Of a stretch of DNA of 64,000 nt, positions 36,258 through 45,788 are shown one piece after another. The translations under genes and the position numbers were made by a program. Source of the DNA: an uncultured delta proteobacterium (GTDB lineage: Bacteria; Desulfobacterota; Binatia; Binatales; Binataceae); contig CAVQEQ010000003.1 in NCBI GenBank assembly GCA_963711565.1, forward strand, positions 96,001 through 160,000, given 5' to 3'. The notes under the pieces are model-generated. The model made no database searches, was not told the origin of the DNA, and saw only the letters and a list, made by a program, of their open reading frames with translations. Position 1 is the stretch's first letter. Each line of letters opens with the position of its first letter.

Positions 36258-37093
36258 CGCGAGGCTCTCCTCGATTCGGCGTAACAATGTTCGGGCGCGG
36301 GAAACGCGTGTTCCCTGACTTCGCGCACGTAAGCGCTTGCCGCCGCCGCCGCGTCATTCCACAAATGCGCGAACGGCTTGGCGAAGCGCGGCGCGCACGA
36401 CTCGTACAGGCCGAGCATGTCGTGCATCACGAGCACCTGGCCGTCGCAGTCGGGGCCGGCGCCGATGCCGATAGTTGGAATCGCGACGCTGGCGGTTATC
36501 TCGCGCGCCAACGACGGCGGCACGCCCTCGACGACGATTGCGAATGCGCCCGCGGCTTCGAGTGCGGCGGCGTCTTCGAGCAGCCGTTCGCGGCATCCGG
36601 CGGTGCGGCCGGATTTGCGGCCTTGCACGCGATGCCCTCCCATCCGATGAATCGATTGCGGCGTCAGGCCAACGTGGCCCATCACGGGAATATCGACCGC
36701 CGCGATTCTCGCGACCGCGTCGGCAATCGCGACACCGCCTTCGAGCTTCACCGCCTCTGCGCCGCCTTCCTTGACGAGGCGGCCGGCGTTGCGGAGCGCG
36801 TCTTCGGGACTCACCTGGTACGAGAGAAACGGCATGTCGGCAACGACCAGCGCACGCCGTCGCGCCCGCGCGACCGCACGGGTGTGGTAGATGACTTCGT
36901 CGATTGTGACGGCCAGCGTGGTGTCCTCGCCGCGCACCGCCATGCCGAGGCTGTCGCCGATTAGCAGCACATCGACACCGCAGTTGTCGAAAATTCTTGC
37001 AAAGGGAAAGTCATACGCGGTCAGCATCGTGATCGGCTGGCGCGCGGCTTTCATGCGCGCGAGATCGGGCACGCGAACTTTTTCCTCCATCAT
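36254..37093 (-). CDS. panB: 3-methyl-2-oxobutanoate hydroxymethyltransferase
   Basis: MLTAYD, GDSLGM, DMPF, VKLEGG, GHVGLTPQ, PTIGIGAG. Confidence 0.95.
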   Translation of the reverse strand: MMEEKVRVPDLARMKAARQPITMLTAYDFPFARIFDNCGVDVLLIGDSLGMAVRGEDTTLAVTIDEVIYHTRAVARARRRALVVADMPFLSYQVSPEDALRNAGRLVKEGGAEAVKLEGGVAIADAVARIAAVDIPVMGHVGLTPQSIHRMGGHRVQGRKSGRTAGCRERLLEDAAALEAAGAFAIVVEGVPPSLAREITASVAIPTIGIGAGPDCDGQVLVMHDMLGLYESCAPRFAKPFAHLWNDAAAAASAYVREVREHAFPAPEHCYAESRRASR

Positions 37094-37123
37094 ATTCACT
37101 CTCACTCGCTTCAGCTGCTTCAA

Positions 37124-37158
37124 CAAAAAATCGGGGCTGCCGCGCACCGGCAACCCCG
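37124..37158 (-). terminator. intrinsic terminator/attenuator upstream of panB
   Basis: Minus strand CGGGGTTGCCG-loop-CGGCAGCCCCG followed by ATTTTTTG, about 30 nt before the start codon. Confidence 0.8.
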
Positions 37159-37163
37159 CATCA

Positions 37164-37293
37164 GAGCAGTCTCGAATAGACGAGCGCTCGAATCACTCGG
37201 AGTCCCGGTCCCGTTCTCGGATCCAGGCGCGAGCAGACAACGAACCAAAATGTCCTCTCAACACCGTCTCGCCGGGAAAAATCCTCGACGGAC
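37164..37293 (-). ncRNA. pan-motif-like cis-regulatory RNA (three tandem hairpins)
   Basis: Three hairpins, each with CGRGAC in the 3' arm, in the panB leader. Confidence 0.65.
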
Positions 37294-37340
37294 CAATTCA
37301 ACTATATAGAGAAAGCGGGCGGGCGCGTAAAGGAGAAACT

Positions 37341-38198
37341 TCAGTTGGTGGCTTGCAGGGTGTTGGCCGTTACCGGCAGCGTTACCTGGAGACGTTTGCC
37401 GTCGCGCACGACGCTCAGGTAAATGATCTCGCCCGGCTGAAGGTCGCGCATGCGGTCCTGGAAGTCGAGAAAGTTCGTCACGCGCGAACCGTCGACCCCG
37501 ATGATCATGTCGTAGCTCTCACCGATTTGCATGATATCGAGCACCGGTATCAAAAGAATCGCGGCCTGCCCAAACGGAGCCATCGCACCAACCATCGCCG
37601 CACCCGCCAGCGCGTCATGCACAACGTGAGTGTAGGGATGCAAACCGGCGGCCGCCGCCGGGCTGCCTTTCTGCACGGCCGTGATTAGCAAGCCGTCGGC
37701 ATCCTCGCCGGATTTGAGCGTGCGCTTGGCTTCGCGCAATTGCATTCCGAACGGTGTCGAAAGCTCGCCGTCGTTGTCGAATTGCTGGAGGACCTGCTGC
37801 GGCGGTATCCCGCTCTGCTCTTGCTGGTAGCGCGCGATGTCGTTGCCCTGATTTGACGGATCCGAATCCGCGGACGGCTGCGAATCGGGAGCGAGATCCT
37901 GGGGCTGCTGCTGTGGCGTGTTGGCAGGGTTGGCGGCTGGAATCTCGGCAGTTCCGGGGGCAGTGGCCTCGATGTTGTCGAGCGGGGTCGGCACCAGGTT
38001 CGATGGAGTGCCGGAGGTAGAGCTCGAAGCCGCGGCAGAAGCGGCGGCAGTCTTCCAGGTCTCAGAGGCGGTGGTATCGGCGGCGGACTGGGCGGATGCG
38101 CGCGCGCCGGCGAACACAACCAGCAGCATCGCGGCGAGCGACGCGCCGAACGCCTGACTCAGGCGCGCTTTGCTAGTTAGCACTCCAGCGTTTTTCAT
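37341..38198 (-). CDS. exported protein with low-complexity N-terminus and split PDZ domain
   Basis: Signal peptide, GLLITAVQKGSPAAAAGL, DMIIGVDG, PGEIIYLSVVRDG. Confidence 0.75.
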   Translation of the reverse strand: MKNAGVLTSKARLSQAFGASLAAMLLVVFAGARASAQSAADTTASETWKTAAASAAASSSTSGTPSNLVPTPLDNIEATAPGTAEIPAANPANTPQQQPQDLAPDSQPSADSDPSNQGNDIARYQQEQSGIPPQQVLQQFDNDGELSTPFGMQLREAKRTLKSGEDADGLLITAVQKGSPAAAAGLHPYTHVVHDALAGAAMVGAMAPFGQAAILLIPVLDIMQIGESYDMIIGVDGSRVTNFLDFQDRMRDLQPGEIIYLSVVRDGKRLQVTLPVTANTLQATN

Positions 38199-39051
38199 GC
38201 TCCACCACGCGGCCCTCGCGCTCGAGCTTTTTCAGATGCGAGCGAATCGAGCTCGCGGCCGCAGGATGCAGATACTCCGGAACGTCCACGTAAATCTTCT
38301 TCACGATCGCCATCGCGTCGAGCGGTGCCGCACCATCGGCCAGCGCCTCGAGCACCTGGCGCTCGCGCAATTCGCGATGAGCAATATACTCGCCGATCTT
38401 TTCTTTCGGATTGCGGATGACCGGGCCGTGCGCCGGGTAAATCGTCTCGAGATCGAGCGCGAGCAAGCGCCTGAGCGAATCCATGTACTCGCCCAAGTCG
38501 CCGGTATCGTCCGGAATAACTGTAGTTCCCGCCCCTAGCACGACATCCCCCGTGAACAATGCGCGCTCTTCTTCGAGATAGTAGCACAGGTGATCGGGCG
38601 CGTGGCCAGGCGTAAAAACCGCGCGCAGCGTGGCGCCCTCGGTGTGGACGACCGCGTCGTGGCCGATGGCGGAAATCTCGCCGGCGGGAGCATCGTGGCC
38701 TTCCCACGGCATCTTGAGGACTTCCATCTCGCCGAATTTTTCGACGACCTGCTTGACGCCGCCCAGGTGATCGACGTGCGCGTGAGTCAGCACTATCCGT
38801 TCGAGCTCGGTGCTGTCGGAAAGTTCCTTGAGCGCAGTTTCAAGCAGGTCGGCGTAGATGGCAACGCCCTGACCCGTATCGAGCAGTAAAGGCCGCTTCG
38901 AGGTGCCAACGATGTAGGTGTTGGTGCCGGGGCCGGTAAACGGACTCGGATTCTGGCCGAGCACCGTCGCGACGCGCGGCGAGATGCGCGAGTAGTCCGG
39001 CATCTTCAGACCGATCATCGAATCGGTCACGACCCGCCCCTGCTTGCTCAT
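38173..39051 (-). CDS. MBL-fold hydrolase, LACTB2-like with C-terminal winged helix
   Basis: NPSPFTGPGTNTY, THAHVDH, TPGHAPDH, FTGD, YPAHG. Confidence 0.9.
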   Translation of the reverse strand: MSKQGRVVTDSMIGLKMPDYSRISPRVATVLGQNPSPFTGPGTNTYIVGTSKRPLLLDTGQGVAIYADLLETALKELSDSTELERIVLTHAHVDHLGGVKQVVEKFGEMEVLKMPWEGHDAPAGEISAIGHDAVVHTEGATLRAVFTPGHAPDHLCYYLEEERALFTGDVVLGAGTTVIPDDTGDLGEYMDSLRRLLALDLETIYPAHGPVIRNPKEKIGEYIAHRELRERQVLEALADGAAPLDAMAIVKKIYVDVPEYLHPAAASSIRSHLKKLEREGRVVEHEKRWSAN

Positions 39052-39078
39052 CAGACTTTCCCCTAACCCCTCGAAAGC

Positions 39079-39849
39079 CTAGCGCCGGTTGCGCTCAAAT
39101 ATCAGCCGGAGTCCCTTTAATGTCAGAAACTCATCGACTTCTTCAATCGTCTCGCTCTCGGGGGCAATCAGATCGGCGAGACCGCCGGTCGCGATGACGC
39201 GCGCCTTTTCGCCGCGCTCCTTCAGGATGCGCGAGACGAGGCCGTCCACCAGCGCCGTGTAGCCGAAGATCAGACCCGACTGGATCGAGCCGACCGTCGT
39301 GCGGCCGACCGCCTCGCGCGGGCGCACCAGCTCGACGCGATAGAGCTTGGCGGCATGCTCGATCAACGCGTTCATCGATACGCCAAGGCCGGGCGCGATC
39401 GCGCCGCCGGCGTACTCGCCCTTGCCGGTCACGTAGTCGAAGGTGGTGGCGGTGCCAAAATCGACGACGATCGTCGCGCACGCATAGCGCTCGTAGGCCG
39501 CGACGGCGTTGACGATCCGATCGGCGCCGACTTCCTTGGGATTCTCGTAAAGGATCGGCATCCCGGTTTTGATTCCCGGGCCCACCATCAGCGGCGCGCA
39601 ATGGAAATAGCGCTCGGCGAGTTGCTCCATCACCTGATTGAGGGGCGGAACGACGCAGGCTATCGCAACCCCTTCGGGCCTGACGCCGCCTTCGAGGCCG
39701 GCGCCGGCGAGAAGAGTGTTGAGGAGCGCGCCATGCTCGTCGGTCGTGCGATCGGGAACGGTCGAGATGCGCCAGTGATTGCGCAGGCGCTCGCCTTCGT
39801 AGATTCCAATCACGGTATGGCTGTTGCCCACATCGACCGTTATCAGCAT
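39079..39849 (-). CDS. coaX: type III pantothenate kinase
   Basis: VDVGNS, VGADR, VDFGTATT, GGAIAPG, ATGG. Confidence 0.95.
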   Translation of the reverse strand: MLITVDVGNSHTVIGIYEGERLRNHWRISTVPDRTTDEHGALLNTLLAGAGLEGGVRPEGVAIACVVPPLNQVMEQLAERYFHCAPLMVGPGIKTGMPILYENPKEVGADRIVNAVAAYERYACATIVVDFGTATTFDYVTGKGEYAGGAIAPGLGVSMNALIEHAAKLYRVELVRPREAVGRTTVGSIQSGLIFGYTALVDGLVSRILKERGEKARVIATGGLADLIAPESETIEEVDEFLTLKGLRLIFERNRR

Positions 39850-39948
39850 TACAAGTCTCCGTCCGACGGGCGTCGTCGATAGCGACGCGATCGGGCACAG
39901 ATAATAGCGCGCGTACCGGAGGTAAAAGAAACGCGCCGCGATGCGCGG

Positions 39949-40653
39949 TTAACGGTGGAATCCGAAAGACCGACCCGACATCATCATCGGCATCATCGGG
40001 CTGCCTGCGGGGCGGCTAAACGCGGACATCGTAGGAGGATTCATCCACGGTCCTTGATTCAGCGGCGGGAGCGCGGCCTGGGTGATCGGGCTGCTCATCG
40101 GCGCGAAAGCAGACGGGGAAACTTGCGAAGGCCGATTCAACCTTTGCGGGACGGCGACCGTGATCTGGTAAGGGTAAGGATACCCCTCATAGATCTGCTG
40201 GTTCTGATAGTCGTCCGCTGTGCCCCAATCCGGATTGGCCGAGCCGGAGCTGGCGCTGTCGTCATCGGAGTCTGTCGGCGGAGCACCCGGCGATGGAGCG
40301 TTGATGGCCTCGCCGTCGTCGTCGTTATCGTCGTCGCTCGAGGTGTCGCAGGATGCCGGAGCGCCGTCCTTGGGGCACGTCGCTTGTGGAATCTCGAGGA
40401 CCTGGTCGGCGGTTTCCGCGTTCTCATCAATAGCAGGTCCGGAGCGTTCCCAACTGGCATCGACGCTGGTGCCAGATTCGGCGACCGCGCCTGAATCGGC
40501 GTCAGCGCTTGAATCAGCGGGTGTGCTGGAATCGCCGGCAGCGCTGGGATCGGTGACCTCCTGTGAGAACGCGAAGCGCGGATTCACAAAGACGGTCAGC
40601 GCGAGCGCCGCGGAAATTGTGACGATCAATCGCGCTGGCTGCGTCCTGATCAT
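39949..40653 (-). CDS. exported acidic/Pro-rich hypothetical protein
   Basis: Signal peptide ending AFS-Q; D/S-rich middle with two Cys; P/M-rich tail. Confidence 0.7.
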   Translation of the reverse strand: MIRTQPARLIVTISAALALTVFVNPRFAFSQEVTDPSAAGDSSTPADSSADADSGAVAESGTSVDASWERSGPAIDENAETADQVLEIPQATCPKDGAPASCDTSSDDDNDDDGEAINAPSPGAPPTDSDDDSASSGSANPDWGTADDYQNQQIYEGYPYPYQITVAVPQRLNRPSQVSPSAFAPMSSPITQAALPPLNQGPWMNPPTMSAFSRPAGSPMMPMMMSGRSFGFHR

Positions 40654-40754
40654 GGATCGACACTACCACTCGATTCGAGGAGGGCCAAGGAGAAATCTGT
40701 AGTGCGCTTGGATAAGGTTTGCACGCTGGCCGCGAGCGGCTAAGATTCCGCGTT

Positions 40755-41498
40755 ATGTCGGAAACAAAAGTCGCATTGGTAACCGGCGCGGGCCGCGGCA
40801 TCGGCCGCGACATCGCGCTTCGAATGGCAAAAGAAGGCTACGCGGTCGGGCTGATCGCGCGAACCAAGTCACAGCTTGACGAAACCGCCGAACTCATTCG
40901 CGCGCAAGGCGGCAGAGCTGTCGTGACGCCGACCGACGTATCGCGCCGCGAGCAAGTCGTCGCGGCGGTCGAGACCGTCGAGCGCGAACTCGGGCCAATT
41001 TCCGTGTTGATCAACAACGCGGGCGCGTACCTGCGCAAGCGCTTCACCGAAATCACCGAAGAGGACTTCGATTTCCAGCTCAAGGTGAACGCCTACGGAC
41101 CGTTCTTCTGTACCCAGGCCGTCATCGGCAAGATGGGCGAGCGCAAGGCAGGCACGGTGATTTTCGTGCTGGGATCGGAGTCGCGCAGCGGACCGGCGCA
41201 ATACTCAGCCTACAACGCGTCAAAGCTGGCGCAGCGCGCGATTGCGGAGTCGGTGGCTTACGAATTTATGCATCTCGGCGTGCATGCTGCCGCGCTCGAC
41301 GTGGACGGCGCCGTGGACAGCGCGCGGGTGCGCGAGTCGATGCCCGACGTGGATCCGTCGCACTTCGTGCCGCCCGCGGCGATATGCGACGAGATCGTGC
41401 ACCTGATCAATCAGTCGAAAAGCGCGTGGACGTTCCAGGTCGATATGCGAGCGTTCGTGCAATGGCGTCCGCGTGTCGCGCCGAAGAAAAAGCCCTGA
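40755..41498 (+). CDS. short-chain dehydrogenase/reductase
   Basis: TGAGRGIG, NNAG, YNASK. Confidence 0.9.
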   Translation: MSETKVALVTGAGRGIGRDIALRMAKEGYAVGLIARTKSQLDETAELIRAQGGRAVVTPTDVSRREQVVAAVETVERELGPISVLINNAGAYLRKRFTEITEEDFDFQLKVNAYGPFFCTQAVIGKMGERKAGTVIFVLGSESRSGPAQYSAYNASKLAQRAIAESVAYEFMHLGVHAAALDVDGAVDSARVRESMPDVDPSHFVPPAAICDEIVHLINQSKSAWTFQVDMRAFVQWRPRVAPKKKP

Positions 41499-41560
41499 CG
41501 CTCTTGTCCGCGGCGGCGGGTGTGGTCTTGCCGACAGCGAATATATAATGTTCCTCGCGT

Positions 41561-41637
41561 CGGGGTGTGGCGCAGACTGGTAGCGCACTCGCTTGGGGTG
41601 CGAGTGGTCGCCGGTTCAAATCCGGCCACCCCGACCA
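41561..41637 (+). tRNA. tRNA-Pro(GGG)
   Basis: Cloverleaf CGGGGTG...CACCCCG-ACCA, anticodon arm CTCGC-TTGGGGT-GCGAG, GTTCAAATC T-loop; TATAAT at 41544. Confidence 0.97.
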
Positions 41638-41720
41638 ATTTCAACTCTTAGCGCGCGCCCGGCTTCGCTGGCGCCCCCCGAAAAGGCCGTGCGGGCGGAA
41701 AGCTGCGTTGAATTCCCGAG

Positions 41721-42324
41721 TTGAAATCTGTGGCCTCGCTAGTAGTATCAACGCAGCGTATCCGGTTTCTTGTTGCACTTCCTGTTTTCGTTTTCTTGAC
41801 GGCCGGATGCGGCGCTCAACAGGAGCGCATAAACGCGGCGCAGCAGGAGTACGACGCGGCCGCAGACCGCCTCAATAAACTGTCGCTGGCTCCGGAAACA
41901 TGCCAGAGCGAGATCCTGGCCCCAGTGGGGTGTGTGTTATAACAACCCGAACCTGACCGAGAAACGCAGGTCGCAGTGTTTCGATGCGGCTGAGCGCCAG
42001 CCGGTCTGCGACGTGGGCAAAGTGGAGGACGAGCGCACGCAGGCTTTCAACACCGCAAAAGCCGCCTACGACCGCCTCGAAGCCATCCCGGGACATCCGT
42101 GGGCGGCGGCGCCTATGGATATGCGGCCGTTCGAGAAAGAAATTGACCGCCGCATGACTCAGGAAGACGGCTACGCTTCGGATTGCGACCGCGGGCAGGC
42201 GTCCGCTTGCATTCAGTATCAAGAAGCTCTTCAACAGGACCGCGACCAGGAGACGCAGAGACACGAGGACTTCGAACGGAGCCTGGACCTAGATCCGAAT
42301 CCGTATCTCATGACCATCCCATGA
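41721..42324 (+). pseudogene. frameshifted Cys-containing lipoprotein
   Basis: Lipobox LTAGC in 41721-41942; the frame continues in 41932-42324 if one base is removed from CCCC (41920-41923) or GGGG (41927-41930). Confidence 0.6.
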
Positions 42325-42556
42325 CTGAGAAAAGACCGCCGGGCTCACTCATTCCTGGCGTGCCCGCGCTTGAGGGTAAACGCATCGCCAAGGCGCGCGC
42401 GAGGGCTCGCTGAAGAGCTTTTCGTGCACCACTTTTGCAGCTCCGCCGGATAACAATTCGAATATCGAGTGTAGAAGCGCCCGCGCGCGCGCCGAGCCGA
42501 TCGACCCTCGTCGCCGTCACAATCACCCGGACGGGATTTCGTTTTTCTGCGCGATC

Positions 42557-42844
42557 CTAACGTCCCTTCTTCGGTACGCGCTTGCCCACCGCTTGGCTGG
42601 AGTTCTTTCCCGGCTGGAGAATATTCACGCGCTGGCGCATCTCACGGACCATCTCGACGATCTCCTCGCCGGAGACGTCGCTGTCGATGCCCGCGACATC
42701 GAGCGGCGAGCGACGCGAACGTTCGGGCTGAATGAGGAACACCTGGCCGTCGCGGCGTTTGACCCGCACGGCGCCTTCGCGCCGCGCCCGTTCGAGAAGA
42801 GCGGCGAATTTCTGACGTGCTTCCGAAAACGTATAGACTGTCAC
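42557..42844 (-). CDS. Phd/YefM-like antitoxin
   Basis: GTG start overlapping toxin stop; TVYTFSEARQKFAALLERARREG.V.VKRRDG...SPLDV. Confidence 0.8.
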   Translation of the reverse strand: MTVYTFSEARQKFAALLERARREGAVRVKRRDGQVFLIQPERSRRSPLDVAGIDSDVSGEEIVEMVREMRQRVNILQPGKNSSQAVGKRVPKKGR

Positions 42845-43239
42845 GGTTGTATCTCCAATGTTTTGATTCCCGCACGGGCGGCAGCGGTCACCAACCCTTG
42901 ATCGAGGGAGAGCAACGCGCAGTGATGCTGCATCGCGCAGACGAGCACATAGGCATCGTATGCGTAGAGATCGAAATTCTGAGCCACTTCGAGCGCCCAA
43001 TCCAGTTCTACGTCTGAAAAGCGGATCGGAATCTGCTGGTACGCTTCGAGTGCGCGGCGGGCCGCGCCAAGGGTAAGCCGTTGACGCTTGAACATGGCAG
43101 AAAATGCGTTGCCGATTTCCCAATGAACCGAAGGAGGTGCAAGCAGGTCCGCAGATGCGGTGGCTTGCACCAAGGCGGCGCGGTGAGGTTCGCGGACGAG
43201 AACCGCGATGATGACGGAGGTGTTGACCACGATTTCCAT
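42841..43239 (-). CDS. PIN-domain (VapC-like) toxin, first catalytic Asp replaced by Asn
   Basis: IVVNTS, WEIGNA, YAYDAYVL, LLSLD; TTGTACAA palindrome at 43250. Confidence 0.85.
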   Translation of the reverse strand: MEIVVNTSVIIAVLVREPHRAALVQATASADLLAPPSVHWEIGNAFSAMFKRQRLTLGAARRALEAYQQIPIRFSDVELDWALEVAQNFDLYAYDAYVLVCAMQHHCALLSLDQGLVTAAARAGIKTLEIQP

Positions 43240-43351
43240 ACCTGAGCAATTGTACAACACGGCTTCGGCAGTTTCCACCTGTTCTCTTCCTGCCCCCGCG
43301 GCGGTCGAGAGATTAGGTAGCTGAAGGACGACGTAACCGGAGCTTCGGCTT

Positions 43352-43912
43352 GTGCGTCTATATAGCGGTCATCGGCGAGCGGATGGGTTTATCTTGCGGA
43401 CAAATCAAAAGATTCGCGGCCGATCCGATCACAGTCATCGTGGAATTCTGTGCGCCGTTGCCCTCGCGGTGCTGATAGCTCCCACCACGCTGAGCGCGCC
43501 CGCCTTCGCAGATGTTTCGCCTGGATTCTTCGGCCGTGCGGCTAGCGCCAACGTCGATGATCAACCCGTCCAATTGGCGGAAGCGAATCTTCCGCCCGTC
43601 GGCAGTCTCGATGACTACGTGCGCGAAGGGAATGAGAATGGCGGCGGGTCGAGCTATCAGCCGCAAGGCGTTCCACCGCAAGGTTATCAGCCGCAGGCGG
43701 TGCCTCCGCAGGGATACTATCCCCAAGGCGCGCCGCCGCAGGAATGGAACAACGGCTATGCCGACCCCAACGCGGAGCGCAACGCGCTGATCGGTGCCGC
43801 GGTTGTAGGGGCCATGGCCGTTGGACTGTGGGCCTGGCAGCAGCATCAGATGCAACAAGCTCAGCGACGCGCCCGCAAGCATTATTATTCGCATCGACGC
43901 GCCTACGATTAG
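43352..43912 (+). CDS. hypothetical membrane/exported protein with Pro-Gln repeats
   Basis: Signal-like segment, three 10-aa repeats, C-terminal TM followed by basic tail; start uncertain. Confidence 0.65.
   Translation: MRLYSGHRRADGFILRTNQKIRGRSDHSHRGILCAVALAVLIAPTTLSAPAFADVSPGFFGRAASANVDDQPVQLAEANLPPVGSLDDYVREGNENGGGSSYQPQGVPPQGYQPQAVPPQGYYPQGAPPQEWNNGYADPNAERNALIGAAVVGAMAVGLWAWQQHQMQQAQRRARKHYYSHRRAYD
43655..43744 (+). repeat. 3 x 30-bp intragenic tandem repeat
   Basis: YQPQGVPPQG / YQPQAVPPQG / YYPQGAPPQE. Confidence 0.8.
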
Positions 43913-44024
43913 GCGCCTGGCGAGTACTCGCACGAAACAGTGAAATAAGACCGTGCGGGTGGTCTCACCGGTCCCCGTAAGACCTTATGGTGAGGCCGAC
44001 CCGCACAGCGGAGGCACAGATTGA

Positions 44025-45683
44025 TCAGGCAGGCTTGGTGACGAGAACAGTCTCCTTGCCTTTCTTCTTGGAGTTGCGCACGAAGTAGAAAGCTCCGTAA
44101 GCTCCCCACAGGACGGCGATTCCGACCGCCATCAGCGGCTCTTTTACGCTGCCGAGTCCTTCCATCGGGCCGATCACGTAAAACGCCATACAGGCAAAGT
44201 TCGCAAGCGCGCCGAAGATGGGTATCGCCATGTGTTTCACGCCATGGAACATATGATGCTCGCGGTACGCGACTATGCAGCAGACGTTGGTCAACCCATA
44301 GACGATAAACGTTCCGAAGTTCGAGATTAGCGTGATCAACGCCAGTCCGTTCGGCAGCGCCGACAGCGATGCGTTGCTGTTCATCCCGATCGCGTACCAC
44401 AAATTATGCGGCAGCGTGGCGATGGTCTTGTCGTCGGGCGCGGAACCGCCGGCGAAGAAATAAAGGGCCCCGTAAGCGCCGAGCACGGCCGAAATGGCCG
44501 CGAGGGTCCAAATCGTGCGATGCGGCGTCAAGTTCTCGCCATGCAGGAGGCCGAAGTGCTCCGGTACTTCCGCGTCGCGGCCCATCGCGTAGGTCACGCG
44601 GGCACCGGTGTTGATACAGCTAAGTGTCGTTCCTATCAGCGCAAGGAACACAGTTAGCGCTTCGAGCATCATGAATGCCTGGCCGTGGCCGCCTAGCAGC
44701 GCATTGCCGATGATCGTCATCATGTCGCCGATGGGAGCCGCCGAGCCTTTCGCGTCGGCCATGCTATAGGCACTGCTCATGAAGTAGTTGGCGGCGAAGT
44801 ATTCGATCATGTAGCAGAACAGGCCCTGGATCGTCAGCGAGAGCAGCACGCCGCGGGGAATGTCGCGCGTCGGATTCTTCGCTTCCTCGCCGAGCGATGT
44901 GACCGATTCGAATCCAACCAGCAGGAAGATCGCGATCGTGGCTTGCAGCATCACATAGCTGAAATTGTGCGGCGCAATGACCGACCATGCACTAGGATGC
45001 GACGGCGTATCGCCGTTCAAAGCGTAGTGCAGCACCTTCTTGGTGCCATCGAGCGCAAGCCCGGTGGATCCTTCCGGGTGTCCGAGCCGGTACGCGATCG
45101 CCAAAGCGGTGAAAAACAACAGCGCGGCGATTTGGATTGCATTGATCGCGATATTCACCATCGTCGATCCGTTCACGCCGCGAAATGCGATATATGCGAT
45201 TCCAAAAGCCGAGATAATCGCGACGATCGCCATGAACACCGGGCCAGGCGTGCCGGCGTTGATCGTGTCAGGCGCGAAGTTGCCGACGATGTATCCGATC
45301 ATAATCCCGATCGTAGCGACCATCGCTCCCGGATAGACCCAGTAATACAGGTGCGACGCCCATCCGATTGTGAATTTGGCGATGCGGGCAAAGCGAAAAG
45401 CTTTCGTCTTGCTGAGAAATGCCTGCTCAGCAAAGTAGTAGGAACTGCCCGCACCTGGATAAAGCTTGGCGAGTTCTGAGTACGAGATTGCGGTGGCGTA
45501 CGCGAGTAACAGGGCGGCGAAGATTCCCGCCCACATCGCGACGCCGGATGGGTAGGCGTAGCCCGCCTGGACTACAAACGTAATCCATAGGAAGGCTCCC
45601 GGCGCAATGAGCGCCATCGCATTGACCGTCACACCGGTCAACCCCAGAGTTGCTTTCATCTTTGGTTCTGCTGATTCGGCCAT
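44025..45683 (-). CDS. APC family amino acid/polyamine permease
   Basis: YSELAKLYPGAGSSYY, GFESVTSLGEEAKNP.RDIPR, ARVTYAMGRD; about 12 TM; start inferred at MAESA. Confidence 0.9.
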   Translation of the reverse strand: MAESAEPKMKATLGLTGVTVNAMALIAPGAFLWITFVVQAGYAYPSGVAMWAGIFAALLLAYATAISYSELAKLYPGAGSSYYFAEQAFLSKTKAFRFARIAKFTIGWASHLYYWVYPGAMVATIGIMIGYIVGNFAPDTINAGTPGPVFMAIVAIISAFGIAYIAFRGVNGSTMVNIAINAIQIAALLFFTALAIAYRLGHPEGSTGLALDGTKKVLHYALNGDTPSHPSAWSVIAPHNFSYVMLQATIAIFLLVGFESVTSLGEEAKNPTRDIPRGVLLSLTIQGLFCYMIEYFAANYFMSSAYSMADAKGSAAPIGDMMTIIGNALLGGHGQAFMMLEALTVFLALIGTTLSCINTGARVTYAMGRDAEVPEHFGLLHGENLTPHRTIWTLAAISAVLGAYGALYFFAGGSAPDDKTIATLPHNLWYAIGMNSNASLSALPNGLALITLISNFGTFIVYGLTNVCCIVAYREHHMFHGVKHMAIPIFGALANFACMAFYVIGPMEGLGSVKEPLMAVGIAVLWGAYGAFYFVRNSKKKGKETVLVTKPA

Positions 45684-45772
45684 CCTTACACCTTTTGTGT
45701 TGGGCGCAGCGTTGCGCGTTGCACTCATCTCCTCCGGCAAGGTCTATCGCCAGTTGTTCGTGTGCGGACGGC

Positions 45773-45788
45773 AGCAGGAAGCATGCCA
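45773..45788 (-). promoter_or_regulatory. sigma54 (-24/-12) promoter
   Basis: TGGCATGCTTCCTGCT with exact GG-N10-GC spacing; TGC-N11-GCA activator-like box at 46018-46034. Confidence 0.65.

Noticed and set aside
43655-43744. 30-bp repeats as a CRISPR or DNA-level element
   Set aside because: In frame, no spacers, and variation is consistent with a protein repeat.
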